Shown here: in pieces, positions 48,482-58,978 of the stretch
Position numbering within the stretch: the stretch's first letter is position 1
Layout: every line of letters starts with the position of its first letter
Assembly (NCBI GenBank): GCA_965215265.1
Contig: OZ244048.1
Location: 3,136,001 to 3,200,000 of the forward strand
Direction: 5' to 3'
DNA length: 64,000 nt
Source: Candidatus Poribacteria bacterium
GTDB lineage: Bacteria; Poribacteria; WGA-4E; WGA-3G
The notes under the pieces: generated by a model
Databases searched by the model: none
Seen by the model: only the letters and a program-made list of their open reading frames with translations
What the model was told of the DNA's origin: nothing
Made by a program: the position numbers and the translations under genes

Positions 48482-49850
48482 TTTTAAGTTCTCCTTCGAG
48501 AGATAAAGGTTTGGCAACTGATTGGGACTGTTTATGCCGTACTAATTCATAGAGCAAAACGCCTGCGGCAACGCCTACATTGAGTGAAGATTGCCCGGCT
48601 GCCATCGGAATTCGGACCAAGTTCGGACATTGCTCACGCGTTTCTGCCGACAACCCTACGTTTTCATTTCCGACAATGACTGCAGCAGGGAGGTTAAACG
48701 TTGTGGAGTACAGCTCCTGTTCGGCACTCGCAGTTGCACCGAGTAGGAACCCGCCTGCTTTGTGCAATGTCTCAAGAACGGTTTGCAAATCTTTTGTATA
48801 GAACAAAGGCAAGCGGCCGACAGCTCCGCGTGCAGCACGAATACAGTTTTTATGAAAAGGGCTTGCTCCTTCGCCACTTAGTAAAACCGCGGATACACCT
48901 GCTGCATCGGCTGTTCGCAGTGTCATCCCTAAATTATCAGGATTCCCAATATTTTCCGTGATAAGCAACGTGCAGCCTGGGCTAAAATGAAAATTGAGTC
49001 CTCCGAATTTAGACAACGCATTGCGATAGGTGAGCTGCACCGAAGCAACGACTGATGGGACAGGCCGCGTTGTCGTAACCGAGCCCATCACGCCATCGCT
49101 CACTTGATAGTAGGGTAGATGCTCGGTATGGGCTTGTTTTAGGAGTGCAGCCCCGGCTCCGTGCTTCACAAGTTTTGGTGTATACAGCACTGTGTCAATG
49201 GGGAGCCCGTCATCAATCGCACGTTTCACTAACATCCGTTCTTCTACAATAAATCCGGAGTGTTCAAGTTTACCCTTCAAAGAAGTTAATTTGCGAAACT
49301 GCGATGTAATCGCATCCTTCCGTTTGGAAACAACTCGCTTTTCTAAGCGGGGGCTGCCGGTCAACGCCCCGCGTTTGATACCTCTATAAACCTGTTTTCT
49401 CTTCGGCTGAGCCTTGTCCTGTTTTTCGACCAGTTCTGCTGTTCGTTCGAATGAGGTTGTATGAATGTTGACAATTGTGCCTTCTAAGACTTCTGTTAAG
49501 GCATTGTACATCCATTTTGCTTGAACGTGAAACAGCCCGGTATATTGTCTTGGGAAAGTGAGTAGGAGCTCCCGCAAAGCCCTTTCGGTTGTTGCAGTGA
49601 GAGATACATAATACTCAGAAGCGGAATCTTGAGCTGAGGACACGTCTACCGGCGACATCAACATGACACCATCTAAATTCTGCCATCCTGCAACGCTAAC
49701 ATTATACGGAATGTGCCATTCACCGGTTTTGAAAAATGAGTGGTACGCTTGTTTGAAACGGTACACTGCGGCAGCATCCGTGCACTCTTTTTCCAAGAAG
49801 GCGATAACCTTGTCGTAGTTTAAGGGTTTAGCATCTATTAACATTGGCAT
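48468..49850 (-). CDS. TrmH/SpoU family RNA methyltransferase with a long N-terminal extension
   Basis: NPDNLGMTLRTADAAG, VGNENVG and IPM..SSLNVGVAAG. Confidence 0.85.
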   Translation of the reverse strand: MPMLIDAKPLNYDKVIAFLEKECTDAAAVYRFKQAYHSFFKTGEWHIPYNVSVAGWQNLDGVMLMSPVDVSSAQDSASEYYVSLTATTERALRELLLTFPRQYTGLFHVQAKWMYNALTEVLEGTIVNIHTTSFERTAELVEKQDKAQPKRKQVYRGIKRGALTGSPRLEKRVVSKRKDAITSQFRKLTSLKGKLEHSGFIVEERMLVKRAIDDGLPIDTVLYTPKLVKHGAGAALLKQAHTEHLPYYQVSDGVMGSVTTTRPVPSVVASVQLTYRNALSKFGGLNFHFSPGCTLLITENIGNPDNLGMTLRTADAAGVSAVLLSGEGASPFHKNCIRAARGAVGRLPLFYTKDLQTVLETLHKAGGFLLGATASAEQELYSTTFNLPAAVIVGNENVGLSAETREQCPNLVRIPMAAGQSSLNVGVAAGVLLYELVRHKQSQSVAKPLSLEGELKNDSY

Positions 49851-49969
49851 CCCAATCTGGGCCGGTTCAATCGGTTAGGCTTGCAAATCAGAGTGGCAGG
49901 TGCTTATTGCATTCCGCCGGCATAACTATTCCTGCGCATTTGGCTTATACTGGGCTCTCAAGTCCGATA

Positions 49970-50827
49970 CTAAAGTGTTCCGATATAAATTGCACCCAGT
50001 CCAATGAAGATGTCCCACTTCATCCAGCGTTGGATGAAGGCACAGTTTTCTTTAGAAGCATCTCTCCATAACCGAATTCCTAAGCAAATGAGGACCACGT
50101 CCACGCCAAGTACAACAGCGGCTAAATAGAGAGTGGAGTACCACCCATATAGATAAGGGATAGGACTAAAGAGGATGACAGCTGCCATGAAACCTAATGC
50201 TATTTTCACGGCGAGCAGAGGATTGAGAATAGCAAGTGTTTTCACGCCGTTTTTGATGTCGCCTTCTGTATCCTCAATGTCTTTTATAATTTCGCGTGGC
50301 ATGGTAAAAAGAAAAGCAAATATTGCCGGAATGAGCGTTCCTTTCACTGAATCGATCGCTATTCCGCCAGCAATAAAGGTTAACCCAGTTAAGCCGCTGA
50401 CAACTAAATTCCCGATGAACGGTGTACGCTTCAGCCAGAATGCGTAGCAAACAAGGACGATAGAAACCAGCACCGCAATACCTAATGCGTAAATATTGAT
50501 ACACGCGCCAAGTGCTATGCCGATTCCGATCAGAATTATGGCGAAAATCAGCGCAGCACAACGACGGAGTCTACCCGACGGAAGCGGTCTCCGTTTCCGG
50601 TTGATTCGATCTATGTTATAGTCACAGTAGTCATTTATAGCGTTTCCTGCAGAAAGCAAGAAAAGTGCCGAGAATGAAACCAACAAGAGCCGCATGTCTC
50701 CAAGGGTTGTCAATTGGCCTTCGTTAGCAAAGATACCGCCGAGGCATGCAGAAATAAAAGCGATGAGCCCGTTAAGCGGACGTGCTAACTCAACATAAGC
50801 CACGAAGGTTTTGTGTATCGCGTTCAT
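49970..50827 (-). CDS. UbiA-family prenyltransferase, digeranylgeranylglyceryl phosphate synthase (DGGGPS)-like
   Basis: ELARPLN, GNAINDYCDYNIDRIN..RPLPSG, LKRTPFIGNLVV and REIIKDIEDTEGD. Confidence 0.85.
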   Translation of the reverse strand: MNAIHKTFVAYVELARPLNGLIAFISACLGGIFANEGQLTTLGDMRLLLVSFSALFLLSAGNAINDYCDYNIDRINRKRRPLPSGRLRRCAALIFAIILIGIGIALGACINIYALGIAVLVSIVLVCYAFWLKRTPFIGNLVVSGLTGLTFIAGGIAIDSVKGTLIPAIFAFLFTMPREIIKDIEDTEGDIKNGVKTLAILNPLLAVKIALGFMAAVILFSPIPYLYGWYSTLYLAAVVLGVDVVLICLGIRLWRDASKENCAFIQRWMKWDIFIGLGAIYIGTL

Positions 50828-50939
50828 CGGACAAAACAAGCGTAAGCCGGACACAGCGTTTATCGCAGCAGATGGGTCCGGAATTTACAGCGGCAAATAT
50901 GCTCAGACTGGCAGCTCCGGTATGCTGTCCTCCAGGGGC

Positions 50940-52010
50940 TTATTCTTCCTCCAATTCCTCAATTTTTGCTTCCAGTTGCTCAACACGTTTTTGGAGTTTA
51001 CTAAGCTCGGGTAAGAGTTCCGGTAGTTTTCGAGTTGCGGCATGAATTCGCAATTCTTGTCGATGTGGGCGTGCTGGGAATCCGGAGAGCCGGCTCCGTG
51101 GGGGCATATCCTTTGTGACAGCGGATTTTGCATAGACAATACTATCCTCACCGAGTGTGAGATGACCTGCCGCGCCTGCGTGCCCTGCTATATCGACCCG
51201 GTCGCCCAGGGTGCTACTCCCGGCTATACCGGCTTGCGCAGCTAGGCGGCAATCTTCCCCTATCACGACGTTATGGGCAATTTGAACGAGGTTATCCAAT
51301 TTGGACCCACGTTTAATCAGGGTTTCGGAACATGTTGCCCGATCAATCGTCGTATTCGCGCCAATTTCAACGTCGTCTTCAATAACAACTGTCCCAATCT
51401 GTGGAATTTTGTGGTGGAGTGGCGCATCTTCGCCGAAAAGACTGCCTGCCGGCGTGAAACCGAAACCGTCGCTCCCGATGACCGCCCCGCAGTGGATGAT
51501 CACCCGGTCCCCGATAGTTACTCGTTCCCGGATGCTAACGTGCGGGTAGATTAACCCGTCCGATCCGATTTTACTTCCTTCCCCAATGTAAACAAACGGA
51601 TGGATAACGGTCTTATCGCCTATTTCGACGTTGTCTCCAATGACAGTAAACGGTTGTATTGCGACATGCTCGCCGAGTTTTACGTTTTTTCCTAAAATCG
51701 CTGTCTCATCAACACCGGGCATCGTTTGATGCTGTTTATCGAGAGAGAACATTTCCAAAACTTGAACAAATGCCCAGTACGGATTCTCTACCCGGATCGT
51801 CGGCTTTCCATTGCCGGAGACACCACGTCCAATGATAATCGCAGCGGCTCGGGTCGTCGCAATTGCAGCAAGATACTTCGGATTTGCAACGAAGGTAATC
51901 TGGTTCGGAAGTGCATCTTTAATTCCTGAAACACCGGTAATCTCAATATCACCATCGCCGGATAGCTCGCCATCCAGTTTTTTACATATATGTTTGAGTT
52001 TCATATACAT
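50940..52010 (-). CDS. lpxD: UDP-3-O-acylglucosamine N-acyltransferase
   Basis: Hexapeptide repeats, GSDGFGF, IGANTTIDR and KLDNLVQIAHNV. Confidence 0.96.
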   Translation of the reverse strand: MYMKLKHICKKLDGELSGDGDIEITGVSGIKDALPNQITFVANPKYLAAIATTRAAAIIIGRGVSGNGKPTIRVENPYWAFVQVLEMFSLDKQHQTMPGVDETAILGKNVKLGEHVAIQPFTVIGDNVEIGDKTVIHPFVYIGEGSKIGSDGLIYPHVSIRERVTIGDRVIIHCGAVIGSDGFGFTPAGSLFGEDAPLHHKIPQIGTVVIEDDVEIGANTTIDRATCSETLIKRGSKLDNLVQIAHNVVIGEDCRLAAQAGIAGSSTLGDRVDIAGHAGAAGHLTLGEDSIVYAKSAVTKDMPPRSRLSGFPARPHRQELRIHAATRKLPELLPELSKLQKRVEQLEAKIEELEEE

Positions 52011-52178
52011 ATTTTCGTCTACTGGCGTACCGTCACGCTTTATGCTGTGTGAATGACAGTGTCCAGTTCGTCAGAGCCGCTTTATGCTATGCCTAAGATA
52101 TCTCCGACGAGATTTGTAAAGGTTTTAACATTGCAGCAGCCTTTATGGTATTACAGTAGACAAAGGCCTTTCCTCGCC

Positions 52179-52724
52179 TTACTTGGAGTCTTCGTTCATT
52201 AATCCGATTAACCTTTGCGTTAAATCGTGTTTTTCGTCTACATAGAGGGTGATAAGTCGCTTTTCAAAGATGACATCAAAGCCTTCTGATTCACCAATTT
52301 GGCCGATCACAGCGCGAATTTCGTCAAAAATCGGCACCATTAGCTCCTGTTCTTTATCCAGGAGTGCTTGTTGACCTATGTCGACTTCACGTTGGTACTC
52401 TTGCTGCTTGAGGAGAATTTCCTGCTCCAAATCTGCTATCTGTGCATTCTCTACAAAGAGTGCTGTTTTTGTCTTTTTCTCTTGCAGCGTCCGAATCTCA
52501 TCCGCAAGGCTGCCCACCTTTGTCTTCAGACGTTCGCTCGCAGCTGTCAAAAGTGCCTCTGCATCCTTGGCTTTCTTGTAATTCTCAAGCACTTCTTGTG
52601 TATTGACAAAACCCATTTTAAAGGATTCTTGGCTGAGACTGCCTGAGCTTAAACATAAAGAGATAATAGAAATAATTAAGATAAATAGTCGTGCTTTGTA
52701 AGCACCCAACCGAAGTCGTTTCAT
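52179..52724 (-). CDS. skp: OmpH/Skp periplasmic chaperone
   Basis: Signal peptide, KMGFVN, coiled coil and DLT; lies between bamA and lpxD. Confidence 0.85.
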   Translation of the reverse strand: MKRLRLGAYKARLFILIISIISLCLSSGSLSQESFKMGFVNTQEVLENYKKAKDAEALLTAASERLKTKVGSLADEIRTLQEKKTKTALFVENAQIADLEQEILLKQQEYQREVDIGQQALLDKEQELMVPIFDEIRAVIGQIGESEGFDVIFEKRLITLYVDEKHDLTQRLIGLMNEDSK

Positions 52725-52772
52725 AATGTAATCCTCAAAGTCGCCGCATAAACCGACGGTACTCACGTTAAT

Positions 52773-55367
52773 TTAGAAGCCCGGACCGACTGTGAAATGA
52801 AATTTGCCTGCAGGCTCCCCTGTAATCCGATCGAAGCCGTATCCCCAACCGAGCCGAACTAACATGCCAAGCATCGTCAAGCGGGCTTCAGCTCCGACAG
52901 ACCGTTTCATGTTGATATTTGTAAAGACGTTTTTAACACTTTCATCCCAGACTTGGCCGATATCAAAAAACAGGGCTGCTGTCAGCTGCTCAGAGATAGG
53001 GATGCGATATTCAAGATTGGAGTAGAATACCTTATCCCCGCCATGCGGGTTGAAGGTATCCGGATATATCTCCCAGTCCTCGTAGCCACGGAGCGTATCG
53101 ACACCGCCTAGGAAAAACCGTTCGTAAAAAAGGAAGTACGAATCCTTGCTCTTACTCAGCATGTAGCCAGCCCGTGCATGCGCTGCGATAACGTGGTTCC
53201 ACCATGGACTGTAGAACCAGCTTGTATCAGCGGAATACTTCTGGAATTCGTTGTCTGCCCCCAAAATACCTCCGGAATACTCATAAGAAAGCGTGTGCAA
53301 AGAGCCATCTGTCGGATCAAACAGTGAGGTACGGTAGTCGCGTGTATCTCTGGCGACAGCAAACAGAATACTTCGGGTTGATCTGTCAATTAATTGTTCG
53401 TCTGGATTGGATGCTTCAATGTGTTCATTGCGGAAACGCACGGACAGGTCTATATCTTGTGTAATGGGGTGTCCCAACGTCACAGAAGCCCCTCTTCTTC
53501 CCCAGACATACCGGTCGTACAGATATGGGCTACGGATGCGACTCAGTGCAGCCCCAACTGTGCCGTAGTAACGGCGGAATCGCCTGTTATCGTAGAGTCG
53601 CGCGTTCAGCCGGGTCGGTGTCCCTAAAATCCAAGGCATCCCGAAGCTTACTTCCGCTGTGTGATGGTCACGTGTCCCTAATTCCCCTTTTAGGTGCAGG
53701 CGATACGCGCGGCCTCGGAAATTATTTTGTCCTACCTCGGCAACGCCGAAGATACCGCCTTCGCTGCCGTAGCCGCCGCCTAAGCTCAGCATCCCAGTTC
53801 GCGGCGTTTCGGCAATATTAACTCTTAAATCTTTACGGTTCTCATCGGGTGTATCACTCGGTACAAAATCGACAGCTCGAATAAAGGAACCCATTTGAAA
53901 TAAACGCTGCCGTGCTTTCCGCAGCGATTTTACATCTAGAAGCTCATCTGATTTGATGTTTAACCAATTTAACTCGCGTCTAACTACGTATTCCTTCGTC
54001 TTTTCTAACCCTGTAATCACGACGTTATTAATTATGATGACATCCCCTTGATTAATATTCAACGTGATGTTAACTAATCCATTGGCCTCATCAAACACCG
54101 GAATCGGGACAACCTCTGAAAGTAAGTAACCTTTATCAAGATAGGCTTGCTGTAGGTTTGAAATTGATTCATCAAACGTGCCGCGGTTGAAAATCTCGCC
54201 TTCTGCTGGATCCAGCATGTCGCGTATTTTATCTTCCGAAAAGGCGGCTTTTGTCCCTGATTGCACTTCCAGCGTATACGTGCCCATAATAAATTCTGGC
54301 CCCTCGTCAACTTTGATGTCCAAGATTAACCCTGTCCTATCGTCCGTGAATTCTTTTTCATATCCTAAGATTTTCACCTGGGCAAATCCCTTGTCCTGAT
54401 AATAGTTACGGAGGTTGAGACTCAAATCTTCTTCTTCAAACAGGATCTGATCAAAGTGTTTACCCATGCGCGTTTTGAGTTGCTTACGCAATTTTTGCGG
54501 GGGGAGTCGTTCATTTCCGATAAAATTGATTTCCTCAATTTTGACACGGGGGCCCTCATTTATCTCAAACGTGACTTGAATTGTATCATCTCGCGCGGAA
54601 TCTTCTATTGCTGTCTCAAGGTTAGAGTTCTCTCCACTTGTTGGTACAGCAGCCGAGGCACTGTCTTCGGACAAGTTAGGTACTGCAGTGTTTGAAACGT
54701 TGTTCTTTTCCTGCGAATCGGTATCTGTATCATAAAACGGGCGGATGTGTGTTTGGATGCTTACCAGATAGTAGCCTTTTTCGTGGTAAAGCTGCCGTAG
54801 GGCACGTTCGCTTTGCCATCGCTGCCGGTCGCTGTAGATTTCAAATGGACGGATTGTCAATTTATCCTTCAGGTTCCGATTCCCGAGTTCCTCATTGCCA
54901 ATAAAACTGATGCCGCCGATTTTTGGGCTTTCCACAACCTTATAGATAACCTCTAAGCCGCCCCCTTCAAAAGGCTCTACATCTACGGAGAGATCTGAAA
55001 AGAAACCTGTATCCTTATATAGGTTCTCTATATCTTGTGTCAGTAATTCTTCAGAGATTTCCTGCCCGACTTGCGTTTGAATGAGCGTGTGCAGCATGTC
55101 TTCAGACGTAGTTAAGACGCCTTTAAAAGAGATCTTCTTAACGAGGAACATCTCATCAACTTCAGGTTGTGCGGTTTTCGCCTTTGCGTCAGGTTGTTCT
55201 CCGGTATCGTTCTGAGTAGCAGCTTCGCTTTGTGGCTCTGTAGTGCGTTTCGGACCCAATACGGGTACGGCTTGTTCTTCCGCATCCGCTATACTAACAG
55301 GGAGGCAAAATGCGCTTGAAGCTGCAATTATCAAAGCGAAAAGGGTTTTTATTTTTTTCATGTTCAA
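52773..55367 (-). CDS. bamA: Outer membrane protein assembly factor BamA (Omp85)
   Basis: POTRA repeats (I.FIGN), FFLGGVDTLRGY and a C-terminal Phe. Confidence 0.92.
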   Translation of the reverse strand: MNMKKIKTLFALIIAASSAFCLPVSIADAEEQAVPVLGPKRTTEPQSEAATQNDTGEQPDAKAKTAQPEVDEMFLVKKISFKGVLTTSEDMLHTLIQTQVGQEISEELLTQDIENLYKDTGFFSDLSVDVEPFEGGGLEVIYKVVESPKIGGISFIGNEELGNRNLKDKLTIRPFEIYSDRQRWQSERALRQLYHEKGYYLVSIQTHIRPFYDTDTDSQEKNNVSNTAVPNLSEDSASAAVPTSGENSNLETAIEDSARDDTIQVTFEINEGPRVKIEEINFIGNERLPPQKLRKQLKTRMGKHFDQILFEEEDLSLNLRNYYQDKGFAQVKILGYEKEFTDDRTGLILDIKVDEGPEFIMGTYTLEVQSGTKAAFSEDKIRDMLDPAEGEIFNRGTFDESISNLQQAYLDKGYLLSEVVPIPVFDEANGLVNITLNINQGDVIIINNVVITGLEKTKEYVVRRELNWLNIKSDELLDVKSLRKARQRLFQMGSFIRAVDFVPSDTPDENRKDLRVNIAETPRTGMLSLGGGYGSEGGIFGVAEVGQNNFRGRAYRLHLKGELGTRDHHTAEVSFGMPWILGTPTRLNARLYDNRRFRRYYGTVGAALSRIRSPYLYDRYVWGRRGASVTLGHPITQDIDLSVRFRNEHIEASNPDEQLIDRSTRSILFAVARDTRDYRTSLFDPTDGSLHTLSYEYSGGILGADNEFQKYSADTSWFYSPWWNHVIAAHARAGYMLSKSKDSYFLFYERFFLGGVDTLRGYEDWEIYPDTFNPHGGDKVFYSNLEYRIPISEQLTAALFFDIGQVWDESVKNVFTNINMKRSVGAEARLTMLGMLVRLGWGYGFDRITGEPAGKFHFTVGPGF

Positions 55368-55459
55368 TTTCCTCCTATGCCAAGGTATATAAACCAGAAA
55401 ATCTCCTCGGTTTTCGTACGTCAGTGGGCCGATGGGTTATATAGTGGTTGCTCGCGTAT

Positions 55460-56326
55460 CTAGATCGGGGTGCCAGTATTATTCGCTAGCTGCCGAAACG
55501 CGGCAATTAGTTTCTCTGTCACGCTGCCGGGCTGTCCTTTGCCGATAATCCGCTGGTCAATCTTCACAACCGGAATCACCTCTGCCGCTGTACCGGTCAG
55601 GAAACATTCGTCGGCAGTATAGAGGTCATGCCGAGTGAAGACCTGTTCTTTCACCGGCATGCCCGTGGCACGCGCTAATGCGATGACACTATTCCGGGTG
55701 ACACCTTCCAAAATGCCGAGGTGAACCGGGGGTGTCACAAGAACATCGTTCTTCAGGTAAAAAATATTGTCCCCACTACATTCAACAACATAGCCGTCCG
55801 CACTGAGCATCAACACTTCCTCTGCCCCGGCTTGCTTTCCCTCAATTTTGGCTAAGATATTGTTGAGATAGTTCAACGACTTAATACGCGGATTAATCGC
55901 TTCTGCATAATTCCGGCGCACAGATACGGTAACTATATCCAATCCATCTTCATAGAATTTCTGTGGGTAGAGCGTGATTTTATCTGCAATAATAATAATA
56001 GAGGGCTTGGGACATTTATCCGGGTCCAACCCCAAATCCCCTATTCCGCGTGTTACGATCAAGCGAATATAGCCTTCGCGGAGGTGATTTCGACGGAGCG
56101 TTTCCAGAACCGTTTCCTTCATTGTTTCAATCGGCATCGGGATGCGCAGCATAATTGATTTTGCAGAATCGTAGAGGCGTTCGAGGTGTTCATCAAGTTT
56201 AAACACGCGGCCGTTATATGAGCGAATGCCCTCAAAAACCCCATCACCGTAAAGTAGGCCGTGGTCAAACACCGAGACTTTGGCTTCTGCTTTCGGTAAA
56301 AATTCTCCGTCGAGATAAATTAACAT
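55460..56326 (-). CDS. ilvE: Branched-chain amino acid aminotransferase
   Basis: DHGLLYGDGVFEGIR, KSLNY, ILEGVTR and FLTGTAAEV. Confidence 0.95.
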   Translation of the reverse strand: MLIYLDGEFLPKAEAKVSVFDHGLLYGDGVFEGIRSYNGRVFKLDEHLERLYDSAKSIMLRIPMPIETMKETVLETLRRNHLREGYIRLIVTRGIGDLGLDPDKCPKPSIIIIADKITLYPQKFYEDGLDIVTVSVRRNYAEAINPRIKSLNYLNNILAKIEGKQAGAEEVLMLSADGYVVECSGDNIFYLKNDVLVTPPVHLGILEGVTRNSVIALARATGMPVKEQVFTRHDLYTADECFLTGTAAEVIPVVKIDQRIIGKGQPGSVTEKLIAAFRQLANNTGTPI

Positions 56327-56352
56327 AAACGGTTCCTTCCAAATCAAAAGAT

Positions 56353-57087
56353 TCACGAGCTGTGCGGCGGCAGCTTGGCCGTGTGCTCCTCATGGCTGCT
56401 ACTGATTCTGCCATCAATGAGATGGACGATTCTATCTGCGCGTTCGGCAAGCGCCGGATTGTGTGTCACAATTATAAAGGTTTGTCCTGTTTGTGCATTC
56501 AAATTCCATAATAGTTCCAATACAGCTTCGCTATTACGCCGGTCGAGGTTGCCGGTCGGTTCATCTGCGAGTACGACTTTGGGTTTATTCATGAGAGCTC
56601 GTGCAATCGCAACGCGCTGTCGTTCTCCCCCGGATAACTGGCTTGGATAGTGTTCTAGCCTCTCAGCAAGCCCCACGTAGTCAAGTAGTGCCTGCGCTTC
56701 ATCATAAATACGTTTATTTTCACGCTGCTTCATGCGGATTAACGCACTCATTGCAACATTTTCAACCGCTGTAAACTCCGGAAGCAGATGATGAAACTGA
56801 AAAACAAAACCGAGCCCTTCATTACGAAATTGGGCAAGTTCTCTATCGGGCAAAGCGAAAAGGTTCTGTCCTTCATAAGAGACATGCCCTGCCGTTGGCC
56901 GGTCTAAAGCACCAATTATATGGAGCAGGGTACTTTTTCCGACACCTGAGGCACCTATAATCGCGATTACCTCGGATGCATAAACTGTCAGGTCTACTCC
57001 TCGCAACACGCAGAGTTCCGTTTCCCCATCATAATACGATTTGTGTAAATCTACAATACTGATTAGTGCTTTCAGCGGATCCTGCAC
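56353..57087 (-). CDS. lolD: Lipoprotein-releasing ABC transporter ATP-binding protein
   Basis: GASGVGKS, GFVFQFHHLL, LSGGE and ADEPTGNLD. Confidence 0.9.
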   Translation of the reverse strand: MQDPLKALISIVDLHKSYYDGETELCVLRGVDLTVYASEVIAIIGASGVGKSTLLHIIGALDRPTAGHVSYEGQNLFALPDRELAQFRNEGLGFVFQFHHLLPEFTAVENVAMSALIRMKQRENKRIYDEAQALLDYVGLAERLEHYPSQLSGGERQRVAIARALMNKPKVVLADEPTGNLDRRNSEAVLELLWNLNAQTGQTFIIVTHNPALAERADRIVHLIDGRISSSHEEHTAKLPPHSS

Positions 57088-57120
57088 ATTATTGCTCCTG
57101 TGGTGAACTTCCGTAGCGTG

Positions 57121-58581
57121 TTATTCATGTTGCAGGGCTTCAACCGGCTTCAGATTTGCTGCCTGCCACGCCGGGTACAACGTTGCGCTCCAGCAAATTA
57201 GAAACGAAAGCGCGTTGATGAAAATGACAAAGAACCAATTCACCTTAATCGGTAGTAGATTCATCTGGTAGATTTGGCTGAGGCCAAGTTCTAAAAGTGA
57301 GATCGGCCGAACTAAGCAGTAAAGCGCGAAGCCGATGCCAACCGTCCATAAGATGCTTAATGCAAATTTCCAGCTTCCACGTTGCTGCACTGTCCGCTGT
57401 AGCGCAATAAATAACTGCAGCAAAATTGGCACGAAGACTACTAGCGCGAACCAATAAGAGGGGCGCGAGGTTGTTGAGCTCAGGAGCCAACAGAGAGCGA
57501 GGCCTAAACCGGTGCCGAACAGCGTCCCAAGCATTCCAATAACGCTGCCCTGAATCATGAAGATTCGTATAATGTTCCCTCGTGAAGAACCGAGAATTCG
57601 CAGTGTTCCGATGTCCTTTGTTTTTTCCATCACGGTCATAATCAGCGTACTTGCGATGTTGAACGAAGCAACTAAAATAATGAGTGCTTCAATAATGACG
57701 GTTGCAACTTTCTCTAGCCGCAGTGCCGCGAACAACGGTGCGTGCATCTGCATCCACGTTCGGGTTATCGGCATCCCTTCTAAAACGGTAAATTCAACTG
57801 TATTTTCAATACGTTTGGCAGCGTGAGGTGCCAATTCAGCGTCAGTTAGCCGTACAAAGATTGCGTTGATGCGCCCGCTTTTGTTGTAGAGTTTTTGTGC
57901 CGCGTCTATATGAACAAACGCGAGGTTACTATCATAAACAGCCAATTCGGATTCATACGTACCGATTACTACGAAGTTAGCAAAGTCTGCAACAAGTGTT
58001 CCCGGATTAAAAGGATGCGGATTAAGTTTGACCACAAGCCGCAAGATATCACCTTTAAAAATGCCTAATCGCTCCGCTAACCGAGTGCCAACCACAATTC
58101 CGCCCGTAATTGTGTTATCGCTCAGAAGTGCTGCCTCTTCTATGTAAGGCGAATTTTTGAAATCTACAGAGCCATTCACAAATGTCGAAAATTCGGTTAC
58201 TTTGTCTTCATGCTCAGGTGCAATGCCCTTTATGTAAATCACGTCTTGAATTGTATTGCTATGTTCCGAGAAAACGCCAATCTGTGAATAAACTACCGGT
58301 GATGCGGCGATAACTTCATCTAGTGCCTCAATTTGTTCTATCCGTTTTTCGTACTCCCCAAAAAATGTATTGCCGTGCAGGAGTAGCACAACGTGTGCTT
58401 CATTAGCCAGGAATCGATGCTTTAACCCATGTTCAACGCCGTTTAAGACAGCAATCACCAAAATGACTGTGGCTACCCCCAAGGCGACACCACCAATAGA
58501 GATGACGCTGATAACAGAAATAAAGGATTGTTTTCGCCGAGACCGGAGATACCGTGAGGCGACAAACCATTCAAATTTCAT
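57121..58581 (-). CDS. Lipoprotein-releasing ABC transporter permease (LolC/E family)
   Basis: RYLRSRRKQSFIS, VASFNI..MTVMEK and YPAWQAA.L.PVEAL. Confidence 0.9.
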   Translation of the reverse strand: MKFEWFVASRYLRSRRKQSFISVISVISIGGVALGVATVILVIAVLNGVEHGLKHRFLANEAHVVLLLHGNTFFGEYEKRIEQIEALDEVIAASPVVYSQIGVFSEHSNTIQDVIYIKGIAPEHEDKVTEFSTFVNGSVDFKNSPYIEEAALLSDNTITGGIVVGTRLAERLGIFKGDILRLVVKLNPHPFNPGTLVADFANFVVIGTYESELAVYDSNLAFVHIDAAQKLYNKSGRINAIFVRLTDAELAPHAAKRIENTVEFTVLEGMPITRTWMQMHAPLFAALRLEKVATVIIEALIILVASFNIASTLIMTVMEKTKDIGTLRILGSSRGNIIRIFMIQGSVIGMLGTLFGTGLGLALCWLLSSTTSRPSYWFALVVFVPILLQLFIALQRTVQQRGSWKFALSILWTVGIGFALYCLVRPISLLELGLSQIYQMNLLPIKVNWFFVIFINALSFLICWSATLYPAWQAANLKPVEALQHE

Positions 58582-58978
58582 ATTTTTCGCATTTGTCCTA
58601 TACGGTTCCCGTCTGACGTTTTTGTATCATCTTTTCAAGTTTGTCTCGGTTGCGATTCCTCGTACTCACTAATGTACTCACTTTTTAGTAGATTGTAACA
58701 GACTAAATCTTCAAAACGTCCACATTTTTCTATATCTTCTGGATAGTTGTGTTGATAGCAGATGCCAATTTTTCCCGTGCCCAGTCTGGAAGCCCGATTC
58801 AGTTTTTCGTATATCTCCGTACCGTCGATGTCTATGCTTTTGAGGGCTCGTGTGTCCAGCTCGTCGGAGATATCTTAGGCATAGCGTAGCATAAAGCGAA
58901 GTAGTAGGTGTCACTCGTATTTAAGAATAACTCTCGCTGCCTCATTGCAGTATCCACAGTTCGAATAAGGGTTTCCAA

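Noticed and set aside
58711-58914. 67-aa ORF between lysS and lolC/E
   Set aside because: It has no clear RBS or motif and its composition is not convincingly coding.
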